DNA from: Thermoplasmata archaeon
GTDB taxonomy: Archaea > Thermoplasmatota > Thermoplasmata > Lutacidiplasmatales > UBA184
Assembly: GCA_049675585.1 (NCBI GenBank)
Contig: JBAUAJ010000126.1
Span: 1,554-65,553 of the forward strand
Direction of reading: 5' to 3'
Length of the DNA: 64,000 bases
The translations under genes and the position numbers were made by a program. Under the pieces are notes generated by a model. It saw nothing but the letters and a program-made list of their open reading frames with translations. It had not been told where the DNA came from and did not search any database. Shown in pieces: positions 1 through 9,737 of this stretch. Position 1 is the stretch's first letter, and the number at the start of each line of letters is the position of its first letter.

Positions 1-414
1 AAGGTCTGCTCGACAACTACCAAGGTCACGTACAAGCACCTCACCCCGGAGACGACGTACACTTACGCGATCGGTGCGTTCGGTGGCATGACAATGCTAG
101 TGAAGGTAGGAAGCGCCTGGGTGGCGGAGTCCAGCGGGTCGGTCGCGATTGGGGCGGCGGGTGCCTCTGTCCAGACCCGATTTACCTATGCGGTGACGTT
201 CACGGAGACAGGGCTCACGGCTGGGACGAGCTGGAGCGTGACCGCCCAGGGCTTGACGGTCACCTCGACGACCACCACGGTCGTACTGTATCTGACGAAC
301 GGGACACACGGGTTCACCGTGCACGCCGTGCCAGGGTACAGTCGGTCCCCGGCGACGGGAACGGTGAGTGTCGCGGGAGCGGTGTTAGGCAGATCAATTG
401 CGTTCACGCCGTAG
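1..414 (+). CDS. C-terminal fragment (5' end outside window) of a surface protein with the GLP-W-NGT beta-sandwich module
   Basis: Frame 1 is open from nt 1 (KVCSTTTKVTYKHLTPETTYTYAIGAFGG...) to TAG at 412-414. The last ~130 aa align with the C-terminus of the 1776..6092 product (YAVTFTETGL..SW.V / HAVPGYSRSPATG vs YAVSFIETGLPGGTGW / HGVPGYSRSPASG). Confidence 0.7.
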   Translation, partial: KVCSTTTKVTYKHLTPETTYTYAIGAFGGMTMLVKVGSAWVAESSGSVAIGAAGASVQTRFTYAVTFTETGLTAGTSWSVTAQGLTVTSTTTTVVLYLTNGTHGFTVHAVPGYSRSPATGTVSVAGAVLGRSIAFTP

Positions 415-612
415 GGGGCTCCCCACATGGTGGGGCCACAGCGTGGGTGCGGCGCGGGCGACCCAGAGGCCGCCCGCGGCGAGTTTGTTAATCGGTCCGG
501 CAAGTCCTATGAGGGACCTGCCGGAAAGCTAGACCTGATCGAGTCTAGCAATCGAGAGAGCTAGGGCTCAAGGTAAGGCAGATGTCGTGGGCGAGTAGCC
601 GAGTAAGAGCGA

Positions 613-699
613 CTAAGCCATCGCCTTTCCGCACTTGGAGCAGAAAGCGACACCAGGGCCGTTTGGAGATCCGCACGAGGAACAGAATTTACCGTCCAT
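613..699 (-). CDS. Possible 28-aa zinc-ribbon mini-protein
   Basis: Hand translation: ATG at 699, TAG at 613-615, giving MDGKFCSSCGSPNGPGVAFCSKCGKAMA with CxxC-x10-CxxC. It is below the ORF-track length cutoff and has no other support. Confidence 0.25.
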   Translation of the reverse strand: MDGKFCSSCGSPNGPGVAFCSKCGKAMA

Positions 700-937
700 G
701 GGGGGTGTAGCTCCCGCCGGCTAGCCATAGCCCATCGGCTGAGCGTATGTGTGCATCGTCTGGACCGGGACCTTCTCTCGAGTGAAATAATACAGGATCG
801 CGGCGGCCAGCAGACGAGGACAAGCAGAATCAGGACCCAAAGTGTGTACTCACGTTTGTACTGAACTGGGCCGCCGACCATTACGAGCTGGCTGTAGCCG
901 GACACATTTTCTTGCAGGAAAGTCCGATTTATAGTCG

Positions 938-1534
938 TTGAGCAGGTCACAGAGGGAGTTGAAAGAACCTCTCACCGTCGGGCCGAACCCCCCAGAGTGG
1001 GAGCTCCTTCTCTCCCATCACATGGTGGGGAGATTCAATCGGACATTTTGCGTAAATGTCGGGAATCGTCGGGTCCACGTTTGCGCGCGTTGTTCAGGGC
1101 AGGTTTTAGGGGTATTCGGATTTGCTGTGCTCTACTGGGTGTGTTTGATCCTGATTTATCGGATTGACACCTGGTCGGCGCAGCTAATATTCTCACTCGC
1201 GCCACTGGTGGCTGCTCTCGACTGGGTGACTCAGGTGAATGGCTCTCGAGAGTCCTCGAATGGTCGGCTGTTTTCGGGGGTACTTCTTGGAATCGCGTTC
1301 TCGGATGTAATCTCTCTAGTAATCTTTCGAGAGTGGTTCTTCTTAGGAGGCGCAGCAGTTGTTCTGGTGATCTATGTGTCGGCGATTGCGGGATACCTTC
1401 GATTAAGCGGGAATTGGCGAAAAGTGCTAGAGGAGCACTTCCCTAGATACGAGTTCCCGACAGTCCATTCGTTCTGCTGGATGTTCAGACCTCGCCCGAA
1501 TCGATCGGGAGCAATCGTATCCATGGAGATTTGA
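938..1534 (+). CDS. DUF2085-family integral membrane protein
   Basis: 198-aa ORF with a TTG start (ATG at 1022 is an alternative). It has the HVCARCSG motif followed by several hydrophobic helices, which is typical of DUF2085. Confidence 0.6.
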   Translation: MSRSQRELKEPLTVGPNPPEWELLLSHHMVGRFNRTFCVNVGNRRVHVCARCSGQVLGVFGFAVLYWVCLILIYRIDTWSAQLIFSLAPLVAALDWVTQVNGSRESSNGRLFSGVLLGIAFSDVISLVIFREWFFLGGAAVVLVIYVSAIAGYLRLSGNWRKVLEEHFPRYEFPTVHSFCWMFRPRPNRSGAIVSMEI

Positions 1535-1775
1535 ATCGCTTTAACCCCCCCCGCGAATTCGGCGTTCCAAGAAGTCAGAAGCGGAGGCGGTCGATTTTCT
1601 TGTTCAGCTGGATCGTGGTGTCGCAGGTCACGCACTTAAGCGGGGCCCACGCTCAAAGGGCGCGTCAATCGGACTGATGCAATCTGCAGGAAATCATCTC
1701 GGTGAAATAACGATACCACGTTATCCCCCCCGTCGAGCGACAATTTATCGTTGTGAATGATATGCGCCGCCTTGG

Positions 1776-4700
1776 GTGGGAGGTATGCGCGCGTCGCGTA
1801 CTCTGTCGGGATCAACGGTGCGGTGCGTAGTTTACGCAATGGCTGCGACTTGCCTAATGGTGCTTTCGGGCTTCGTGTCGACCGCTACTAGCCCCACCGA
1901 TACGGGATCCCCCCAGTTCAGGGTGGCAGCAACTCAACTGACCCTCGAACTGCTCGGCCATGACTGGGCTGAGGCGAGCGTTTCTTGGGCACCAGGCACC
2001 AAGGATGCGTGCTTTTCGCATTACACACTATACTACGGGTCGTCGAGTTCGGGCCCATGGAATACAGTCGATACCTGGACTAATTCGGCGATTACTCAGG
2101 TTGTCGTGGCGAATGGGGGTGGCGACTATCTCATGGTCGCCGACACGGATTGTCTGGGAAGTCAGGATTCGAACTCGATCTACGTTCCTGTATCCGCGTC
2201 ACCACACTTGACAGACTCGGTCAACAGTGCTACCTCGGTCAGCCTGAGTTGGAACGAGTTGACCTCCCCCGGGGGTGACCTGATCTTTTACGAATATGCA
2301 ATCTCTCGCAGCCTGAACGGGGGTGGGTATTCCCAACTTGCGACCGTAATGTCAGATTCGACCGTAACGTATACCGACACTGGCGTAAACTTGGCGTCTG
2401 AGTCCGCGTCCTACCAAGTGCAGTACTGGGATGGTTGCAAGACCTCCTCGTCAGAGGGCAATCCAGGCTGTCCGACAAACTTCCTCGACGCGGTGGAGTC
2501 AAACAGCGTGTCCATTTCGAAGGATACCTTCACCGCAGGTTTCTCGCCGAACCCAACCTCTGGAGCCCCCCCGATTACGGTCACTTTCACGACGACTGTT
2601 TACCTAGGCGAATCTCCCTTCCAGTATTGGTGGGTATTCGGCGACGGTTCGCATTGTCTCTGGTGTTCCAATTCGGTTGTGACGCATACATACACCTCCG
2701 TCGGGACATACACCGCTCGGCTTTGGGTTCACGACGCCTGGGGCGTCAACGAATCCGGCGGATCGGCTGTCATTACAGTGGGCCAGGTCCCGACAATTGT
2801 GAGCGGCCCCGGGGCGAGCCCAAACCCAGTCGGGGGTGGGAGTTCGACCACGATAAGTGTGAGCGCCTCGGGTTCGGCACCCCTGACATATTCTTGGACA
2901 GGGTCTATCCCATCAGGCTGTTCGAATCCGGGGAACGTCGCCAGCTGGAGCTGTACGCCGAGCTCGGGGGACTCAGGAGGCTACTCGCTCTCGGTAATGG
3001 TCTCCAACTCCTATGGGTCGGCTTCCGGTAGTTTCACGCTCACGGTCGGTCAGAGCCCAAAGATTACGAGCGGTCCGTCCGCGACCCCGAACCCAGTTGA
3101 GGCCGGCAACTCCGCGACGATAAGCGTAAGCGCCTCGGGCACAGCCCCGCTGAGCTACCTGTGGAGCGGTTCCTTCCCACCCGGTTGTTCTAATCCGGGG
3201 AATACCGCGAGCTGGGCCTGCACACTGTCGTCGGGTGATGGGGGCAACTCGTACACTATATCGGTCTACGTCCAGAACTCCTACGGGTCGAGCTCAACGG
3301 GATCATTCTCCCTCACAGTTTCCGTGCCCACGCAAGGGGCGCAACTCAATGGGCCGCCGAGCGCGAGCCCTAACCCCGTGAACGCGGGTAGCCCAACCAC
3401 TATCAGCGTCAGCGCGTCAGGCACAGCGCCGCTCAGCTATGCTTGGAGCGGTTCAATACCGCCGGGCTGCTCGAACCCCGGGAGTACAGCAAGCTGGAGC
3501 TGCACGCCGTTTTCGAGTGACGGTGGCAGTTCGTACACAATCTCGGTCTATGCCCAGAACTCCTATGGCACGAGTGCGACTGAGTCGTTTTCACTTGCAG
3601 TCAGTACGGTCGGCGTTTCCCCTGAGGTCACATCGGGCCCCAGCGCCGACCCGAACCCAGTAACTGCCGCGGAGTCGACTACAATCAGCGTCGGCGCGAC
3701 CGGGACCCCACCGTTGAGCTACGCTTGGAGCGGCTCGTTTCCACCCGGATGCTCCAATCCGGGGAACACCGCGAGTTGGATCTGCACCCCCAGCTCGAGC
3801 GATGGCGGGAACTCCTACGGTTTCTCGGTAATCGTCTCGAACTCTTACGGTTCTACAGGTTCCTATTCCTGCCTTCTGGTGGTGTCAAGCCCTACCACGC
3901 AGTGGTGGACTAATCCGAACTTCAAATTTTGGCACCAGCCGTGGGAACCGGTGATCACCGTAGGTTCGGTATCTATCAGCGCGAACGTTTGGGTAAACAT
4001 CACCGTGATAGGAAATTCTAGTCACGCGTCCGAGTCTACCTTCGCTGCCGACATCAGCAGGTTCTTCGGCATAGACCTTACACCTCCAGCCGGGACTTCA
4101 ATCGACAACGCCGCCGTCGTCCTTGTCTCGCTAGGAGGGCTCAAGCAATACGTGCAAGCATTGAACACCGAGTGGAATACTACGGCCGGTTATCTCTGCC
4201 CTTCTCTCGGAATCGGCTGTTTCGATTTGATGCAGTATTTGGGGCACTACTTTAACGCGACAAAGCAGATTACGCTGTTCGGGTACTGGGAGGCATTCAC
4301 TCCCGACACTCTGACATACGCCCTGTCGGAAGTGGAGAGCGATCTTGTCTCGATTCTGGGAATCCTGAAGAGTCCCTCCGACATCCTCTCCGTCCTTTCA
4401 TCGGCACTAAGCACAATAACCTCCAACCTCGATCTCGGATTCGGAATCCTCACTCCTCAGGGTCAGAATTTCGAGGTTCAGTCCCTGAACAGCATCTCTC
4501 TCTCGAGCATCTCGAAGTACATTGGCACCCTCTCCCAGTCCTCCAGTATCAGCGAATCCATCGAAAAGGAAGTCGATGTAATCACCGAAATCGCCAAGGG
4601 ATCTCTCTCCGCGGAAACCGTGGTCGGTGCAATCTTCTACGCGTCCCAGGCGGTCATCACCTCTATAGACCTAGTCCTCGATTGGCTCGCGCCCGGATCG

Positions 4701-6092
4701 GCGTGGACCCAGGCCGTTGACTGGCTCACCGGTGTTATCGATCCGAGTGGCTCGACCGATGTGCCAGCGCTAAACAACGCATCAGGTACGATTCTGGGAT
4801 ACAATGAGTCGACTGGAAGTACGACTTGGTCCCAATCCAGGGTTGGGTTCCTAGAAGGCGGATACGATGTATCCGGGGGAAACGACTGTTGGGTAGTCTT
4901 TGGTCCGACCCTATCTCAAGGGGCTTCTGACGAATTCGCGATGACCCAAGTCGGGAACTCAGGCGTTAACGTACCATTCGACTCGACCTTGGGCAGCAAC
5001 CTGACGGCCCCAGTCGCAATCGCCTCTGGCTACCTGGCTGACGGTGACTCTCTAGAAACCGGGGCCGTAGTTAACTCAACCGGAGGAGCTCATATCGATT
5101 GGTCGAATCAACTCTCAGATTCGATTCTCCGGTCCAACGTTTGGACCGGGAGCAGCTTCGTCGTCAGCGGCCGATCAACCCACGATGGCCGACCTGCATC
5201 GGCGGCGATCACAGCGTATCTGGCAGGCTCTGAAGTGGTGTCGACTCTGACCGGCAATGGCTGGTGGAATCTGACACTCTCCGCGTCGTACGAAGCGTCT
5301 AGGCTGGAAATTGTTGCGACCTCAGCGTCGCAATTCGAAACGGCGACGATTGTTGCTTTGCCTGCGCTATACTCACTGACCGTGAGCGAAACCGGATTGC
5401 CCCTCGCCGTGCTCGCTGCGAAGGGCTGGTTTGTCCGCGTGGATGGCATCCAGCTTCACCTTCGGTCGATATCAGCGGCCCTCATAGAAACAAACGGGAC
5501 GTACCCGTACACAGTATCCGGCCCAGCCGGTTACCGGATTACTAGCCCTTCGGGCGATGAGATTGTCAGCGGAGCGAATCTGGCCCTCGCGTTGACAATC
5601 ACTCGTGGACCGACATACACCCTTAAGTTTCACGAGACCGGTCAAGCGATTGGTACTAAGTGGTGCGTGTCGATTGGATCGACACTCTGCGGGATCGGGC
5701 CCAATGTTGTTTACGAGAACTTGACTCCCGCAATCTACTCATACTCAATCGGCGCGATTGTGGGGATGACCACCCTAGTTAAGCTTGGGACCGCTTGGGT
5801 GGTAGGGTCCGCTGGGTCCAAATCTATCATTGACGCGAGTGTGACCGTTCAGGTTAGATTCGCGTACGCGGTCAGTTTCATAGAGACTGGACTACCAGGC
5901 GGAACTGGTTGGATTGCTACTTCTCAGGGTCAAACGGTCCAGTCTACGACAGATTCCATTTTGATTTACATAACTAACGGCTCTCACGCCTTCACTGTGC
6001 ACGGTGTGCCCGGGTACAGTCGATCGCCGGCGTCGGGGACCCTCAGGGTAACCGGCGCGCCGCTGACAGAGGCGATATCCTTCCGAACATAG
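1776..6092 (+). CDS. Giant secreted/surface protein (PKD + 4 tandem Ig-like repeats + GLP-W-NGT modules)
   Basis: 1438-aa ORF with an N-terminal hydrophobic signal/anchor (VVYAMAATCLMVLSGFVSTA). A PKD-like segment (WVFGDGS...HTYTSVGTYTARLWV) lies at about nt 2529-2786. Four ~90-aa repeats follow (GP.A.PNPV....TTISVSASG.APLSY.WSGS.PPGCSNPGNTASW.C). Three C-terminal modules are of the type Y.V.F.ETGLP.GT.W. ATG at 1785 may be the true start. Confidence 0.85.
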   Translation: MGGMRASRTLSGSTVRCVVYAMAATCLMVLSGFVSTATSPTDTGSPQFRVAATQLTLELLGHDWAEASVSWAPGTKDACFSHYTLYYGSSSSGPWNTVDTWTNSAITQVVVANGGGDYLMVADTDCLGSQDSNSIYVPVSASPHLTDSVNSATSVSLSWNELTSPGGDLIFYEYAISRSLNGGGYSQLATVMSDSTVTYTDTGVNLASESASYQVQYWDGCKTSSSEGNPGCPTNFLDAVESNSVSISKDTFTAGFSPNPTSGAPPITVTFTTTVYLGESPFQYWWVFGDGSHCLWCSNSVVTHTYTSVGTYTARLWVHDAWGVNESGGSAVITVGQVPTIVSGPGASPNPVGGGSSTTISVSASGSAPLTYSWTGSIPSGCSNPGNVASWSCTPSSGDSGGYSLSVMVSNSYGSASGSFTLTVGQSPKITSGPSATPNPVEAGNSATISVSASGTAPLSYLWSGSFPPGCSNPGNTASWACTLSSGDGGNSYTISVYVQNSYGSSSTGSFSLTVSVPTQGAQLNGPPSASPNPVNAGSPTTISVSASGTAPLSYAWSGSIPPGCSNPGSTASWSCTPFSSDGGSSYTISVYAQNSYGTSATESFSLAVSTVGVSPEVTSGPSADPNPVTAAESTTISVGATGTPPLSYAWSGSFPPGCSNPGNTASWICTPSSSDGGNSYGFSVIVSNSYGSTGSYSCLLVVSSPTTQWWTNPNFKFWHQPWEPVITVGSVSISANVWVNITVIGNSSHASESTFAADISRFFGIDLTPPAGTSIDNAAVVLVSLGGLKQYVQALNTEWNTTAGYLCPSLGIGCFDLMQYLGHYFNATKQITLFGYWEAFTPDTLTYALSEVESDLVSILGILKSPSDILSVLSSALSTITSNLDLGFGILTPQGQNFEVQSLNSISLSSISKYIGTLSQSSSISESIEKEVDVITEIAKGSLSAETVVGAIFYASQAVITSIDLVLDWLAPGSAWTQAVDWLTGVIDPSGSTDVPALNNASGTILGYNESTGSTTWSQSRVGFLEGGYDVSGGNDCWVVFGPTLSQGASDEFAMTQVGNSGVNVPFDSTLGSNLTAPVAIASGYLADGDSLETGAVVNSTGGAHIDWSNQLSDSILRSNVWTGSSFVVSGRSTHDGRPASAAITAYLAGSEVVSTLTGNGWWNLTLSASYEASRLEIVATSASQFETATIVALPALYSLTVSETGLPLAVLAAKGWFVRVDGIQLHLRSISAALIETNGTYPYTVSGPAGYRITSPSGDEIVSGANLALALTITRGPTYTLKFHETGQAIGTKWCVSIGSTLCGIGPNVVYENLTPAIYSYSIGAIVGMTTLVKLGTAWVVGSAGSKSIIDASVTVQVRFAYAVSFIETGLPGGTGWIATSQGQTVQSTTDSILIYITNGSHAFTVHGVPGYSRSPASGTLRVTGAPLTEAISFRT
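2790..3895 (+). repeat. Four in-frame tandem repeats (~265-285 bp each) inside CDS 1776..6092
   Basis: The GP(G/S)A(S/T)PNPV cores start near 2805, 3071, 3351 and 3636. The protein repeats are clearly alignable over ~90 aa. Confidence 0.85.
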
Positions 6093-6415
6093 GCCGCCTC
6101 GTAGCTTGCAATGTCTGATTTCGGGCCGCAGGTAGCAGGATTCCAAGTCGGCAACTTGGACGATCATCGGGCCGCGCGGCATCAGGTTGCTGAAGTACGC
6201 ACCCTAAAGGGTCGTTAGAAGCTACGGGTAGGCGCGCGTGAAGCGACCAGGGAGTTCGCATTCCCGAGTCGCTGAGGGGGAGTTCCATCTCGGCGCGAAC
6301 GGGCGTAGGCTTAGCCCCTACGAGCCGCCTACTAGTTTAGGGCCCGAGTCCGGACGTCATAGGATTCGAACCCTCACGATTCGAATTCACCATTCTGGAG
6401 CGGATTCATCCCTAC

Positions 6416-6433
6416 GTTCAACTGATATTGCAC
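6416..6433 (-). repeat. Intergenic palindrome site S1 (GTTCAA-N6-TTGAAC family)
   Basis: GTTCAA ctgata TTGCAC (1 mismatch), in the gap between 6092 and 6546. Polarity is tentative and taken from flanks (the minus strand reads gtgtGTGCAA..TTGAACgtag). Confidence 0.75.
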
Positions 6434-6545
6434 ACACTCGCACTGTCGGAGGATCGTTCAGTAACAGAACGGTAACCAGACATCGGAGATTACAGGCTCC
6501 CTTAATCAACCCGCGGCCGCCTCTATTCTCTGCGAGGCACGCATA

Positions 6546-6935
6546 ATGTCGAAGTGGCATGGAGTTGCAGATGTGAAGGAGCTTCCCCAGGGGTCGATGA
6601 AGGGCTTCGACGTGGCCGGTGCGAAGGTAGTCTTGGTCCACGGGACATCAGGGATTCGAGCATTCGAGGATCGGTGCGGGCACATGTCCGCCCCCATCAG
6701 CATCGGCTCGTACAAGTCGGGTGTTATCAAGTGCGAGCTCCACGCCGCAGCATTCGACGCGGAGACCGGATCTGTCCGAGGACAGCCCCAGATGCACATG
6801 CCGGCGGCCCAACTTCCGCCGGAAATGCTCGAAGCGATGGCCAAGATGGGACAGATCATGTCCCAGATTCGCTGCGAGCCTCTTCGGCCGTATCCGGTTG
6901 CGGTGGAAGGCGGCCAAGTGAAGGTCTACATCTAG
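6546..6935 (+). CDS. Rieske [2Fe-2S] domain ferredoxin-like protein
   Basis: 129 aa with CxH (DRCGHMS) and CxxH (KCELHAA) ligand motifs at Rieske-like spacing. Confidence 0.8.
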   Translation: MSKWHGVADVKELPQGSMKGFDVAGAKVVLVHGTSGIRAFEDRCGHMSAPISIGSYKSGVIKCELHAAAFDAETGSVRGQPQMHMPAAQLPPEMLEAMAKMGQIMSQIRCEPLRPYPVAVEGGQVKVYI

Positions 6936-6983
6936 AGACCGTCCGTCCCGCCGTCGAGGGGGGATCACCCCCTCGCACCCTAC

Positions 6984-7262
6984 TCAGTGCGGGGGGGTCG
7001 AAGTCGAAGGGACCGCTTGTTTCCCCGCCTTTGCCTGCTTGGGGAAGTATCGGTAGACGAGGTAGGCGAGAATGGCAACGTAGATGATCACGCCTCCGAC
7101 GATCGCGATCGCAACGTTTTCCCAAACACGGGAAGTTCCGACGTCCTGGATGTACCCAAGAAGTCCGGAGAGGACTACTGTAAAGACGATCCCAAGAGCA
7201 ATCTGAAGCGTGCTGGGACGACGTCGGTAGAACACGACGGAGATGAGCCCTGGTAGAATCAT
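6984..7262 (-). CDS. Small membrane protein (3 predicted TM helices)
   Basis: 92-aa ORF with three hydrophobic stretches (LQIALGIVFTVVLSGLLGYI, VAIAIVGGVIIYVAILAYLVY). No recognisable family. Confidence 0.5.
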   Translation of the reverse strand: MILPGLISVVFYRRRPSTLQIALGIVFTVVLSGLLGYIQDVGTSRVWENVAIAIVGGVIIYVAILAYLVYRYFPKQAKAGKQAVPSTSTPPH

Positions 7263-7328
7263 TCGTGTCCGCAGCGCCGAGAACCTACTAAACAGGGATG
7301 GGCAGATTGTGGAGCGACGCCGGGGCGC

Positions 7329-8003
7329 TCATTTGACGGAGACGTTGAAGGCTCCGTCCCGGAAGTCGTCGCGCGGACCAGTGGGAACGGTCGGTCTCTC
7401 CGGCGGGATGCGGCGCGGGCGCGGTGACTGAGCTAGCCAGAACTCTCGCGCCAAAGACTCCCCGCGGAGGGTCAACGAGTAGACCTTGATCCGGCGATCC
7501 CCTCCGAACACATGGCGGCGGGTTACCTCGATAGCTCCTCCGGCGGTGAGTCGGCGCAACACCTTCGACAGGGCGCTCTGTTCCGCGCCGAGGGCCGTTC
7601 CGATTCCGCGCTGAGTGGCTTCAGGTCTTCCGATGCCATCGGGCCCCACTCGACCGAGCTCGAACAGGTGAAGGAGTATTCGTCGGGAGAGTCGCACCTG
7701 CTCTACGGGGGCACGCACTGCGTCGGATTCTATTGGGACCCGCAGAAGGAGCGCCGGATCGGTCGAAGTCTGTACTTCGCTTCCTGGACCCGAGGGGCTC
7801 GCCGACCCGGATGGGGAGCTTCGGCCCTCCCCTCCCGACGATGGCCTGGCAGAGGTCTCGGAAAACACACCGGCAGGCGGATCCGGCGTCCCGAGGCGGG
7901 CCGATCCCTTCTCGCGAACATATCGGACCGCGGCCCGGCCCCCCAAGACCGCGGCGGCGCCTACCGCGAGCCCAATCAGGAATTGCTCGACCGCGAACGC
8001 CAC
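7329..8003 (-). CDS. Membrane-anchored winged-helix (MarR/ArsR-like) DNA-binding protein
   Basis: N-terminal TM helix, an S/P/G-rich linker, and a C-terminal wHTH-like segment (LSKVLRRLTAGGAIEVTRRHVFGGDRRIKVYSLTLRGESLA). Confidence 0.55.
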   Translation of the reverse strand: MAFAVEQFLIGLAVGAAAVLGGRAAVRYVREKGSARLGTPDPPAGVFSETSARPSSGGEGRSSPSGSASPSGPGSEVQTSTDPALLLRVPIESDAVRAPVEQVRLSRRILLHLFELGRVGPDGIGRPEATQRGIGTALGAEQSALSKVLRRLTAGGAIEVTRRHVFGGDRRIKVYSLTLRGESLAREFWLAQSPRPRRIPPERPTVPTGPRDDFRDGAFNVSVK

Positions 8004-8075
8004 GGATCGGTGGGGTACCTCCGTTCCCGGACGTCTCGGAGCTTGATACGGACTCGGATTCGCTGAGGAAGCGGC

Positions 8076-9737
8076 TCACTTCTTGGGCCGAACCTGTTGC
8101 TCGAGCGACCGCAAGAGCCGACCTCCGTCCTCCCTTTCGAGGCGGCGAGAGCGTACGCCGGCTCCGATCGTCCACGCACCTGCGATGAGCACACCGACGG
8201 TCCCTCCGAGGATGGCCGCAGCCAAGTCCGGCGAGAGCAGGGGACTCGGCCCCGAGCCATGTACTAGCCCGCTGGGAATCGACACTGACACCACCTCCGG
8301 GGCACGGACCAGGGCCAGCTCTCCCCCCGACACGGGGATCAGCGTATGACCCGCATTGATTACTCCGAATTCGTAGGTGTAGTTACCGGGTGGCACCACG
8401 AACAGAACTGAAGTGCCTGACGACTTTCTTACCGCGTCCGCCACGCTCACTTGCCACTCGTAACCCGATGGAAGTTGCCCTTGGGCCTCAAATGTGACCC
8501 ACGTGGGGGCGTACGCCCAAGTATCGTGGCCGTAGACTCCGTAGGACTCACTCGCCGAGGCGACGAGCTCCCCCCCGAAGAGAATCTGCTGGTGCGTGGC
8601 CGGATCGTCGAAAAATAGGGAAAGGAACCGCGCCTCGGGCGCTGTGATGTTCGCTTCAGAGACCAGGGTCCAGCCCCCGGCAGAGAATCCCCAGACCTCG
8701 TCCCCCGAGACCTGGCACCCCCCCGCAGACCCGTTCTGCATCCCCTCGTAGTACAGCGTTACATTCGCTTGGGAGTCGTACCAGATTGTCCCAATTCCGG
8801 GAGGGGGCGATGCGTTCGGCCCCAGCAACTCCGACCAGCCGTCCGTGCCGAAGGTCCAGGTCGACGCCCAAGCAGTGTCGAACGTTACAAAGGGGCAGGG
8901 CCCGCCACTACCCGGCGAGACGAAGGTAAACCCCCCGGCGAGCACGACGTATCCGTCCACGGCGTCGTATGCCATTTGTGAACGCATCAGACGGCCGGGC
9001 GGAGCGAGCCCGGAAGAGGAGGTGATGTTCAGCCAGTTACTGCCGTCGAAAGTCCATGTATCGTTGTAGAAAACAAATCCGGTGAAGGTCCCCGCGGGGA
9101 TGTTACCGATCCCCCCGCCAAACAGGACGAGCTCACCCAAGGCTGGGTCGAAAACCAGTCCGAAGTAGTAGCGGGGAGAAGGGGCGGCCGATGTCGGCAG
9201 TTGATGCCAACCGGTCTCGTTGTAAGTCCAGGTATCATTGAAGAAGGTGGTATCGTTGCGCCCGCCGAAGAGCACGAGTGACTTCATCGCGGGGAAGTAG
9301 ACCATCGCACCGCCCCACCGGGGTGCTGGGCCGCCCGACGCGGAGAGTTCGGTCCAGCCGACGTTCGTATATTCCCATGTGTCGCCGAGCGGGTAGTTGC
9401 CTCCCGCTCCGTTGTACCCTCCAAACAGGATCGTCGCGTTCAGTTCGGGCGAGTAGGCGGCCTGGGACGCCGACCGGTTGCTGGGCGCGGCGGCGAGTTC
9501 GTTAGAAATGTTGTCCCATGAAGTTCCGGCGGGGGACACGGCGGAGCCGGCGCTCGGATGGTCTATCGATACGCTCGCAGCCCCGGCGGCAGACGTCGAC
9601 GGACGTTCGCCCAGGATAAGCAGACCAGATACCATTAGAATCGCACTAACGACGATCGCACCAGCGTAGCGTCCGAACTGGGTCCGACGATGGGTCCGTT
9701 CACCAGCAGCAACCCACAGAGACTTGATCCCTAGCAT
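8076..9737 (-). CDS. Kelch-repeat beta-propeller surface protein with C-terminal anchor
   Basis: 553 aa with an N-terminal TM. Kelch-like blades repeat (ILFGGYNGAGGNYPLGDTWEY, LVLFGGRNDTTFFNDTWTY, LVLFGGGIGN...YNDTWTF). One GLP-type module is present (WVTFEAQGQLPSGYEWQV...PPGNYTYEF). A C-terminal TM helix is followed by a basic tail. Confidence 0.8.
   Translation of the reverse strand: MLGIKSLWVAAGERTHRRTQFGRYAGAIVVSAILMVSGLLILGERPSTSAAGAASVSIDHPSAGSAVSPAGTSWDNISNELAAAPSNRSASQAAYSPELNATILFGGYNGAGGNYPLGDTWEYTNVGWTELSASGGPAPRWGGAMVYFPAMKSLVLFGGRNDTTFFNDTWTYNETGWHQLPTSAAPSPRYYFGLVFDPALGELVLFGGGIGNIPAGTFTGFVFYNDTWTFDGSNWLNITSSSGLAPPGRLMRSQMAYDAVDGYVVLAGGFTFVSPGSGGPCPFVTFDTAWASTWTFGTDGWSELLGPNASPPPGIGTIWYDSQANVTLYYEGMQNGSAGGCQVSGDEVWGFSAGGWTLVSEANITAPEARFLSLFFDDPATHQQILFGGELVASASESYGVYGHDTWAYAPTWVTFEAQGQLPSGYEWQVSVADAVRKSSGTSVLFVVPPGNYTYEFGVINAGHTLIPVSGGELALVRAPEVVSVSIPSGLVHGSGPSPLLSPDLAAAILGGTVGVLIAGAWTIGAGVRSRRLEREDGGRLLRSLEQQVRPKK

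Noticed and set aside
561-950. 129-aa minus-strand ORF between the first two genes.
   Set aside because: It has R/S-rich composition apart from one hydrophobic stretch and no recognisable motif. It overlaps the zinc-ribbon mini-ORF out of frame. Evidence is insufficient.
6355-6400. Possible tRNA gene on the minus strand (GGGTTCGAATCC T-loop consensus).
   Set aside because: The T-stem would pair only 2-3 bp (GAGGG / CCTAT). No complementary acceptor 5' strand (GGACGTC) or anticodon arm lies within 80 nt. I kept it only as a possible tRNA fragment in the findings.
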